34,143 nt of DNA. Source: a virus. Taxonomy: Duplodnaviria; Caudoviricetes. The first letter of the stretch is position 1; every line of letters starts with the position of its first letter. Shown here piece by piece: positions 8,855 to 16,379 of the stretch. The stretch spans positions 1 to 34,143 of the IMG/VR virus record IMGVR_UViG_3300030372_003241; one strand, 5' to 3'. A model generated the notes under the pieces. It was not told the origin of the DNA. It saw only the letters and a list, made by a program, of their open reading frames with translations, and searched no databases. The position numbers and the translations under genes were made by a program.

Positions 8855-10450
8855 TTAATTCATCCCTTCTGGAACAGTAGCTTCTCCACCACCTTGAGCC
8901 ATTTGTTGTTGTTGTTGCGCTGCCATCATAGCAGCAACTTGTTCAGCTTTTGCTCTTTCTTCAATCATTACTGCACGTTCAGCAGCATCATGCCTGACTT
9001 CACTTGGCACTCCAAGTTTGTCACCAAGATAATCCACCAATGCAGACTTATTAACTGCGTATTCACCTTCAGCACCCATTGGTTGGGTGAGTTGAATAAA
9101 TTGAACAATAGAATTTATTTCTTCCATATTTTGAGCCATTGCAAGTGGACTTGATGGAGAAACTTTTACTTCTAAACCATTAACGTTTAATGGTAAATTT
9201 ATCATTCCTCTTTCATCCATAACAGCCAAAGTTTTATCAACAATAGGAATCATCGTTTCATTAATCAATCGACCAAAAGCACTTCCCAAGTTTTGAGAAA
9301 GTTCTTTCATTCGCTCGACAATTTCTGTTGCTGATCTTGCACTCATGTTGTCTGGGGGTAAACTTTCATCTAATAAAATTTGTTTAATAGCCATTCTCAA
9401 ATCATTAATAATTAATTGGCTAACATTAAAATCTCCGGCTCTTGGTAAAGGCCTCAAACTTTCACCTTGCGATCCACCATTTCGTGCAACAGGAATAATT
9501 GCACCTGGAACTATTTTTACTGTATGAGGATTTAGGACACCATCGTCTTGCGCTGTGAATACAGGCATAACAGCAAGGGTTGCATTTTTTAACAATAACT
9601 CTTTAGTTTTGTTTAAAGTTTTTATGTCGGGTAGGGCAGTTAAAAGTAAACCTCTGCCATAAATTTCACCAGCAACTTTCATATAACGGCTAATAACGAA
9701 TGGTGAATTTTTCATACGTCTATAAACTAATTCTTCTTTTGAGGCTTTATCAATAACGTGATAACACCAATCGCCTTGGTCATAATCTTTAATTGTTGCC
9801 TCAATTAAATCTACTTCATCAGTCGGTTTATCTTTAATGCGAGTTGCAACCGACTCAGGCAGCTTTGCATCTGTCCATTGCTGAGTAATTGATTCGCCTT
9901 TCATTCTCATTTTTCTATAAACTTTATCAATTTCACCATTTGCACCTTCTTCAAAACTAACCAAAAAAAGTGGGATAGGAATAAAATTAATTGGAGAATT
10001 TTCGTTACCAGGTTGAATCATCATTACAGCTGTTCCAACAGATAAATCTAATAAAAATTCACCCATTGCAATATCAAAGTTTGAGTTTTTTAAAACAGAA
10101 AACATTGTATCTGTGTACTCATCTAAAACTGCTTGAACTTCTGCTTGTTGTTCAAATGGAATTTGATTGCCAGGTTCTAATCTGCACCATCTTCTTTGTG
10201 GGGGGAAAACACCTGATTGCATCCGATTAGCAAAACGTGCAGTTGAGTGGATTGCTGTTGAGTCAAAAACTCTTGTCATCTTTTTTTGACCTTGGCTTGA
10301 ACCTTCATAATATCCATACAACTGTCTTTGGGGAATTGCAAATTCATAAGCATCAGAATATAAATCTTCCCAAACATCTTTTTTTCTTTGCGCTAATTCA
10401 AAACGTGAGATAACTTGTTGAGTTGATAATCTGTTGCCTTTAATTTTCAT
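8855..10450 (-). CDS. Portal protein (head-tail connector), 531 aa
   Basis: VFDSTAIHS, DLSVGTA, RYMKVAGEIYGRG...ALPDIKTLN, RSATEIVERMKEL...LGSAFGRL; Gln-rich C-terminus. Confidence 0.92.
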   Translation of the reverse strand: MKIKGNRLSTQQVISRFELAQRKKDVWEDLYSDAYEFAIPQRQLYGYYEGSSQGQKKMTRVFDSTAIHSTARFANRMQSGVFPPQRRWCRLEPGNQIPFEQQAEVQAVLDEYTDTMFSVLKNSNFDIAMGEFLLDLSVGTAVMMIQPGNENSPINFIPIPLFLVSFEEGANGEIDKVYRKMRMKGESITQQWTDAKLPESVATRIKDKPTDEVDLIEATIKDYDQGDWCYHVIDKASKEELVYRRMKNSPFVISRYMKVAGEIYGRGLLLTALPDIKTLNKTKELLLKNATLAVMPVFTAQDDGVLNPHTVKIVPGAIIPVARNGGSQGESLRPLPRAGDFNVSQLIINDLRMAIKQILLDESLPPDNMSARSATEIVERMKELSQNLGSAFGRLINETMIPIVDKTLAVMDERGMINLPLNVNGLEVKVSPSSPLAMAQNMEEINSIVQFIQLTQPMGAEGEYAVNKSALVDYLGDKLGVPSEVRHDAAERAVMIEERAKAEQVAAMMAAQQQQQMAQGGGEATVPEGMN

Positions 10451-10452
10451 AA

Positions 10453-10608
10453 TTAATATTTTTTCTTTTTTGTCATTGCTGTTTTAGCAGCTGCAATAAA
10501 GTCTGATTTTTTTGGCGCACCTTTATCACCTGGACTTCTCATTTTTTCTTTTGACCCAGCTTTAATTCTTTTTCTTTTTTTATGAATGTTTTCATATAAT
10601 CCTGGCAT
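10453..10608 (-). CDS. Small basic protein, 51 aa (not in ORF track)
   Basis: MPGLYENIHKKRKRIKAGSKEKMRSPGDKGAPKKSDFIAAAKTAMTKKKKY; GGAGA RBS; fills the gap before the portal gene. Confidence 0.8.
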   Translation of the reverse strand: MPGLYENIHKKRKRIKAGSKEKMRSPGDKGAPKKSDFIAAAKTAMTKKKKY

Positions 10609-10620
10609 TACATTTTCTCC

Positions 10621-11442
10621 TTATGCGTTTTCACCTGACAAAATTGGTCTGCCTCTTAAAGTTCTTGCTCTTACCATTGCAGTTTTTTTTCTGCCAGTAC
10701 GTTTCAAAATTTCGTTTGTTTCAGACTCTAAGAGTTCTTGTTGCCTTGCAACACTTGCTTGAGCTTCTTCAGTTTCTGCTTGAATTGTTTCCAACTCAGC
10801 AGCACTTTGTCTTTGCAACTTTGCAAAACGTGCGTTAAATTCTTCTTCATCCATTCTTCTTTTTTCTTGTAGTTTTTGTATTTCAATTTTTTCTTTTTCA
10901 ATTTGATTATCCAATGCAGTAAATGGTTTTTCATACAACTCAAGAAACTTATCTTGATCAAACGTAGGTGCAGTTGCAGTAAACTCTGGTTCTGGTGCTA
11001 AACCAATAATTTTTCCATCTGCAAAACCAAAAGTGCCATCTGCAAATTCAACACCTTGCTTAGTATTAAACCTGGGCGTTTCATAAGTAATGCCGGTGAG
11101 AGGATCACGATAAACTTTTTTTTGAACCCCACGCACACCATAACCACCAGGGCGATTTATATTTTCAATTAATTCTGCCTGTCGAATATCACCTGTTCTT
11201 GCATAAGTTCCAAAACCTTGTTCGGTTTGTGTAACAAAATTATTTTGAAATCTTCTATTGCCAACTCCACCTTGCGTAATAAGTGATTGTGTTCCACCAA
11301 ATTGAGCATCAGGAATTCGCATACCATCCATGTAAAAACTTCCAATGTAATTATCGTATTGACCAGAATAAAGTTCGTATGCCTCATTGTATGTATCAAG
11401 TGCTGTTTGATAATCTCTGTAATAATCTAAAGCAGTTGCCAT
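10621..11442 (-). CDS. Hypothetical protein with C-terminal coiled coil, 273 aa
   Basis: Long ORF in the virion operon abutting its upstream neighbour; basic C-terminus (RARTLRGRPILSG). Confidence 0.6.
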   Translation of the reverse strand: MATALDYYRDYQTALDTYNEAYELYSGQYDNYIGSFYMDGMRIPDAQFGGTQSLITQGGVGNRRFQNNFVTQTEQGFGTYARTGDIRQAELIENINRPGGYGVRGVQKKVYRDPLTGITYETPRFNTKQGVEFADGTFGFADGKIIGLAPEPEFTATAPTFDQDKFLELYEKPFTALDNQIEKEKIEIQKLQEKRRMDEEEFNARFAKLQRQSAAELETIQAETEEAQASVARQQELLESETNEILKRTGRKKTAMVRARTLRGRPILSGENA

Positions 11443-11985
11443 TTAAGCCCCCAGCGTAGTTTTCAAACCAGGCAAACCAAGTTCTGGATTTAACCTTGTC
11501 TGGCTTAATAAACCTCTACGTCCACCTCGTCTTCTTCTGGCTTTCGCAGTCGCAGAATCTTTTTCACCTTGTTCTCTTCGTCTATCTTCAATTTCTTTTT
11601 GTAATGCTGCCTCTCTTTTTTGGGCATCGGCTCTTTGCTCCTGGTATCTCTTTGACTCTTCTTGTAAAGCCTTTTGGCTTGTTTCAAATTGTCCACGTTG
11701 AACACTAACCATTTCATTGTAAGCATCAATTTGTTTTTGCCTATCAGCACTTGCAGCTGCTTGTTCGTCTGTCAACAAAGTTAATCTGTCTTGATTATCT
11801 TGCAAAGTTTGATCATAAAAACCAGCTTGTTGTTTTCTATTTTCTTCTGCCTCTGCTAACGCATCTTTAGCTGCCTGATTGGCTTGTTGAGTTGCAACTC
11901 TTTGCTGTTTTCTGGCTTTTTTTGCTTGTTTACCAGCATATAACGCACTAAAAACAGTTGCTACTGCTGCCCAAGGAAATGCCAT
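11443..11985 (-). CDS. Hypothetical coiled-coil protein, probably virion-associated, 180 aa
   Basis: GGAGA RBS; hydrophobic N-terminus, Q/A/E-rich coil and C-terminal RRRRGGRRGLLS...KTTLG, typical of small genes preceding podovirus portals. Confidence 0.65.
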   Translation of the reverse strand: MAFPWAAVATVFSALYAGKQAKKARKQQRVATQQANQAAKDALAEAEENRKQQAGFYDQTLQDNQDRLTLLTDEQAAASADRQKQIDAYNEMVSVQRGQFETSQKALQEESKRYQEQRADAQKREAALQKEIEDRRREQGEKDSATAKARRRRGGRRGLLSQTRLNPELGLPGLKTTLGA

Positions 11986-12063
11986 TTTTTTATCTCCAAT
12001 TTTTTTTAACTATAAAAAAATCCTACGTTAATAAATTGCTTGATACAACCAAAGTGATATCTC

Positions 12064-13626
12064 TTATAAAGAAAAAACATCAAAATCTTGTACGGCATTT
12101 GCACGATTTGATCTTGAAAAAAAATCATTGCTTGATCTGCCAGTTGTCATTCGTTTGTGTTCACCACCCCCAGTTAATAAATATCCATAGGCATCACCAA
12201 TGTGCGATGATTCGTTTTTGTTTGGCATATCTTTAAATCGTTCTTGCCCAGCACCAACATTGACACGTTTAAAATGATAACCACCACTTAATGCTTTTCG
12301 CAGTTGCTTACAATCAACATTAACCATTAAACCTGGCTTTCCTTTTATTAATCGCAACATTGGAGCAGCACCAGCCTCACGCCTAACTTTAAAATTATTA
12401 CTTGGTGCTGGTTGAGCATTTAAACCAATTGATCTTAAATGGTCAAACGCAGTTGTTTCGTAAACAGCATCCCTTTGCATTCCGGCTGGATCGCCATAGA
12501 TGTTGATTTCTGCTTTTGGAAATCTTGTATTAATTTCTGTCAAAAGTTGATTTGCAAATCTTTCCAAGCCCATATCGAAAGTAACAACTTCATGCAAAAT
12601 TACCCAAACGCCTGATAAATGTTTTTGGCCAATAACAGCGGCTGGAGTTAATCCAAAATCAAGTCCAATAATTAATGGCAAAGAATCTTGATATTCAACA
12701 ACCCCTGACATAATTTGATCGTTATATTCTTCCCAAACACTTTTTCCTTCTTTCACAAATGTGTATTGCCCAGCTGCGTAACATTGAATCCAATCTAAAT
12801 TTTTACCTGGTAACATTTGCTGATAATAACCAGCCGGTAAATTGTTTAAATTTTCTGCCTTCTCGTTTACCTTCCACCATTTTCCAGCAGCAAAGGTATG
12901 ATCGTTTGCCTCTGGGTTCTCAGGCAATTGATCTGGTGAAACTTCAATCACACCTGGGGGTTGCTTAAAAAACTTCCATGCGTGTTTGCCTCGCATATCA
13001 GTTTGTTCACTTAAAACATGATACCAATGGTCACTATCCATTGGGTTTGTGTCCATCCACAATCCATGCCACGTTGCACCACCATCTCTTTTAGTGGGAT
13101 ACCTTCCAACTCTGTGTGTAATTCCATCAATTACTGCTTTTGGTAATTCCCTTGCCTCACTAACAAATGAAGTTGTCAATTCCAGAGAAAGTAATTTGCG
13201 AATATCTCTTGGGGTATCCAGGGCGATAAACAAAACTTCTAAATCAATTCCACTTGCACCTTCTCTAGCTGGTAAACGAATGTGATGCGTAATAGGGGGT
13301 GTCCAATTCATTGCACCAAATACATTTTCTGGAAATAACTCTAACCAAGTTTTTATGGTTGTTGTTTTTAACATTGGATAAGAGTTTCTAACAATTGCAC
13401 ATCTTGAATATCTAATGCCATCAACAGGACTTGGTTTTTGTTGTACTGCTCTTATCATCACTTCAGCGCAACAAGCATAAGTTTTACCACTACCAACAGC
13501 ACCCATAATTCCTCTGACAAAAGCATTGCTTTGTAAAAATTTATAGACTGTGGGTGATTGACTAAAATCTAAATTTAAACCAGTTTCATCAATCTTTTTA
13601 CTTGTCTTTTGTTTTGTCCTGGGCAT
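12064..13626 (-). CDS. terL: Terminase large subunit
   Basis: Walker A GAVGSGKT, Walker B-like FVSEARE, DTNP coupling motif, nuclease GLDFGLTPA, YGDPAG and SHIGDA. ATG at 13626 preferred over the TTG at 13635. Confidence 0.93.
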   Translation of the reverse strand: MPRTKQKTSKKIDETGLNLDFSQSPTVYKFLQSNAFVRGIMGAVGSGKTYACCAEVMIRAVQQKPSPVDGIRYSRCAIVRNSYPMLKTTTIKTWLELFPENVFGAMNWTPPITHHIRLPAREGASGIDLEVLFIALDTPRDIRKLLSLELTTSFVSEARELPKAVIDGITHRVGRYPTKRDGGATWHGLWMDTNPMDSDHWYHVLSEQTDMRGKHAWKFFKQPPGVIEVSPDQLPENPEANDHTFAAGKWWKVNEKAENLNNLPAGYYQQMLPGKNLDWIQCYAAGQYTFVKEGKSVWEEYNDQIMSGVVEYQDSLPLIIGLDFGLTPAAVIGQKHLSGVWVILHEVVTFDMGLERFANQLLTEINTRFPKAEINIYGDPAGMQRDAVYETTAFDHLRSIGLNAQPAPSNNFKVRREAGAAPMLRLIKGKPGLMVNVDCKQLRKALSGGYHFKRVNVGAGQERFKDMPNKNESSHIGDAYGYLLTGGGEHKRMTTGRSSNDFFSRSNRANAVQDFDVFSL

Positions 13627-13921
13627 AGTGTTCAATCAGTTTGTTTAAATAAAATTTTGCTTTTAACAGATCTTCCATTGGGTCTTTGTGTTTAAATCGA
13701 AATCGCCAAACATAACGAATAATGTGTCCTATCCATTGGGCAATTTTTCCTTCTGCCCCTTCAGCAGCAGCCTCACACGCATCAATACATTCCACTTTGC
13801 CTCGCGTGTAATGTTTTGGATGTTCTACTTTTTCTTCAAGATACGCTAACTCTACTTCTTTCTGAAACAACTCTACAAACTTATTAGAAAGAGAAATATT
13901 AGGTTTTTCTTTTTTTTTCAT
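13598..13921 (-). CDS. DUF3310 (T7 gp1.7/SaV-like) protein, putative nucleotide kinase, 107 aa
   Basis: VEHPKHYTRGKVECID...GHIIRYVWRFRFK...EDLLKAKFYLNKLI signature. Confidence 0.85.
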   Translation of the reverse strand: MKKKEKPNISLSNKFVELFQKEVELAYLEEKVEHPKHYTRGKVECIDACEAAAEGAEGKIAQWIGHIIRYVWRFRFKHKDPMEDLLKAKFYLNKLIEHYAQDKTKDK

Positions 13922-14592
13922 TGAAAAAATTCTAATTGATTTTTATTAAATTTTTTTGGGGTTTGCAAAACATCTATTTTATTTGCATAGTCATATGGAT
14001 GTATGCCTTTATCTTTAAAATTTCTTGCGACATTAGTCGAGTCAGCACTTGCTAGTGGATAAATGTCACCAGATAAATTTAACATTCTCATTCCATGAAT
14101 CCAACAACCACTGTTGCCTTTTTTTTCTAAAAACTCAAAAACTTGATCCATTCTTTGCCTCCAAGGTTGTGAATTTACTTGCCAAAAAATTCCAGAACTC
14201 CCTAAAGCAACTTTTGGAAATTCGTTAACAAGTTCCCACAACCAATCTAAATTTAAATGCAAGTGATAGACAGGACAGCTTATGTTTTTTGAAAAATACC
14301 ATTTACTAATTTTCTCTCTTTGTTGGTCTATGTTTCCGTCTATTACATCTGGTATGACTGCCCAATGTGGGGGGCAAACATATTTATCAACCCAACCATA
14401 ATATTTTTTTTCATTAAATTCGTAACCATTTGTTTTGGCCGAAAACGCTCCATTGTCAAACATCACACTTTGACCGATTTTTAAAACAGTTTCTAAATTA
14501 TCTGGCCTTGCGAAAGAAACACAAAAATGTTTACCAGCCATTTGCAATAAATATTTTTTTGGTGTTAATGGTGTACCATGATAGTGAATCAT
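13918..14592 (-). CDS. Compact guanine-transglycosylase (TGT/DpdA)-like protein, 224 aa
   Basis: Ordered motifs MFDNGAFS, IPDVIDG, CPVYHL, VALGSS, WIHGMRM and SADSTN parallel the TGT/DpdA barrel motifs; coupled to queE by an ATGA overlap. Confidence 0.65.
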   Translation of the reverse strand: MIHYHGTPLTPKKYLLQMAGKHFCVSFARPDNLETVLKIGQSVMFDNGAFSAKTNGYEFNEKKYYGWVDKYVCPPHWAVIPDVIDGNIDQQREKISKWYFSKNISCPVYHLHLNLDWLWELVNEFPKVALGSSGIFWQVNSQPWRQRMDQVFEFLEKKGNSGCWIHGMRMLNLSGDIYPLASADSTNVARNFKDKGIHPYDYANKIDVLQTPKKFNKNQLEFFQ

Positions 14593-15203
14593 CGCAAACC
14601 TAAAAATTTATGAGTTTGAGTGGATAATTGCCACAAAGGATTATCTAAGCAATAATTTATGCACAGTTGTTCATTAACTTTTAAATCTTCATTATCTTTT
14701 GGTTGCAAATAAAAATATTTGAAATTTAATTTTTCAAATAATTTAGGATTTATTTTTTGTGGATAAACTAATTTAAGTTCATCTCCAATTTTTTGTTTTA
14801 AATCTTCTTTTTTTGGACTAACACAAATCCAGTCAATATTAGATGGACAATCTAATGTTCCATTTGTTTCTATAGCAACTTCAAAATTAAAACTATGAAA
14901 TTCTTCTACCAATTCTTCTGTAACCTGTAACATAGGTTCACCACCAGTTAAGACTACAAATTTTTTTATTTTAGATTTATTAGTAGCTGCAAAAATTGTA
15001 TTACACTTTAATACAAGTTGATATTTATTATATTTTTCACCACCAACAAAATCTGTATCACAAAAATTACATTCTGCATTTTTTCGATCTTCTTCTTTGC
15101 CATTCCATAAATTGCAACCAGCAAATCTGCAAAAAACTGCTGCTCTTCCCGAATGAAAACCTTCGCCTTGTAATGTGTAAAAAATTTCTTTAACCACAAA
15201 CAT
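14589..15203 (-). CDS. queE: 7-carboxy-7-deazaguanine synthase (radical SAM), 204 aa
   Basis: EIFYTLQGEG, FCRFAGC, CX14CX2C cluster motif (CNLWNGKEEDRKNAECNFCDT), VVLTGGEPMLQ, IETNGT, WICVSPK, LSTQTHKFLG. Confidence 0.95.
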   Translation of the reverse strand: MFVVKEIFYTLQGEGFHSGRAAVFCRFAGCNLWNGKEEDRKNAECNFCDTDFVGGEKYNKYQLVLKCNTIFAATNKSKIKKFVVLTGGEPMLQVTEELVEEFHSFNFEVAIETNGTLDCPSNIDWICVSPKKEDLKQKIGDELKLVYPQKINPKLFEKLNFKYFYLQPKDNEDLKVNEQLCINYCLDNPLWQLSTQTHKFLGLR

Positions 15204-15546
15204 AAGTTAAACCAACTCCCATGCTTTTACGAGAAATATCTATTTGTGCCAAATCTGTGTAATTTAATTTATTTACAAATTCATTCTCAACATATTCTGC
15301 AATACCTTCCATCGTTCCACATTGAACTCTCAAATTTAAGTGTTGATGGTCTAAAGTTTTGCAAACATCTTGCAAATCTTTTTGCAATTTTTCAACCGGA
15401 AAAGGGTTTACAGTATAACTTTTAACGTAAACTTTAATCCAATAACTATGACCATGTATCATTGTTTGATTGGTAACATTACAATCAACAACGTGTGACA
15501 CTTCAATCGTATTTTCTGCAAACAAAATCATTAAATTTTTAGTCAT
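15190..15546 (-). CDS. queD: QueD/PTPS-family T-fold protein (6-carboxytetrahydropterin synthase-like), 118 aa
   Basis: EVSH, IHGHSY, LDHQHLN and GTMEGIA motifs; adjacent to queE; the Cys of the usual CxxxHGH is missing. Confidence 0.8.
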   Translation of the reverse strand: MTKNLMILFAENTIEVSHVVDCNVTNQTMIHGHSYWIKVYVKSYTVNPFPVEKLQKDLQDVCKTLDHQHLNLRVQCGTMEGIAEYVENEFVNKLNYTDLAQIDISRKSMGVGLTYVCG

Positions 15547-15922
15547 CTTTGTTTGGTGCTTTTACATTTATTCCAATGACAGCTGGTTTATCTTCATCCT
15601 CTGGCCTGTCCAATAAACCAGATGCCTTTGCCAAAATTCGCAAGACACCGATCTTATCCCACATCTCAACGTGCAACTCACCCTTATCACTCACCTTAAT
15701 GCTTTTTAAAGCAGATAATGCGTGTTTTGGAATATCTTCAACTGGCTTAACCCTGACATTTCCATTTTCATCCCAGTCAACAATATCTGTTAATTTAGTC
15801 GATGCCATACTCAACAACTCATAAGCAACTGCCTCTCTGTTCGCTGCCAAGGTACTAGACCTTTTTAACTTTGCCTGTACAGTTCTAACACCACCATAAT
15901 TTTTTAACTGATTGTTTTTCAA
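15539..15922 (-). CDS. terS: Terminase small subunit, 127 aa
   Basis: ELLSMASTKLTDIVDWDENG...DIPKHALSALKSIKV...VEMWDKIGVLRILAKASGL matches the C-terminal part of phage small terminases; lies upstream of terL. Confidence 0.75.
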   Translation of the reverse strand: MKNNQLKNYGGVRTVQAKLKRSSTLAANREAVAYELLSMASTKLTDIVDWDENGNVRVKPVEDIPKHALSALKSIKVSDKGELHVEMWDKIGVLRILAKASGLLDRPEDEDKPAVIGINVKAPNKDD

Positions 15923-16245
15923 AATGGAAGATCATCTTTCATGTCTTCAAAGCCTGGAGCTTTCGTTTCATTTTGTTTTGGCTTTTCAAAAGTATCTAAA
16001 TTTTTTCTTTCTTCATTAAACTCTTCAACTTTGATATAAACAGATACCCCCCCATTTTTTAAATCACGCACCCAACCGGCAACATTAATGCGAGTACCAT
16101 TCGGTAACTTAACAACATTATCTTCTTCAATAGTGTAATTACCACTTTCATCTTTTGTTTTTTTTGTTTTATACAAAACGTGGGATGGCCCTTTATCTTT
16201 ACGAAAATTATTTGGCATTAGTGTGCAACTAAAAATATCTGTCAT
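15919..16245 (-). CDS. Putative single-stranded DNA-binding protein
   Basis: Beta-rich core with INVAGW and an acidic tail ending DDLPF; GGAGA RBS supports the ATG at 16245 over the ORF-track start at 16290. Confidence 0.65.
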   Translation of the reverse strand: MTDIFSCTLMPNNFRKDKGPSHVLYKTKKTKDESGNYTIEEDNVVKLPNGTRINVAGWVRDLKNGGVSVYIKVEEFNEERKNLDTFEKPKQNETKAPGFEDMKDDLPF

Positions 16246-16282
16246 AGGTTTCTCCAAAAATTGAACAAAAATTGTGTGGTAC

Positions 16283-16323
16283 ACCCCCATCGCTAGTGTG
16301 GGGGTAGGGGGCGAAGCCCCCTA
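16283..16323. other. Tandem GC-rich hairpins
   Basis: ACCCCCA-9 nt-TGGGGGT (16283-16305) and TAGGGGGC-GAA-GCCCCCTA (16305-16323) in an AT-rich genome; no U-tract follows either. Confidence 0.75.
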
Positions 16324-16379
16324 GGTTTTCTATAGCGATTTTTTGGCTACTCATCAAACGAACATTTGATAATTGTACA

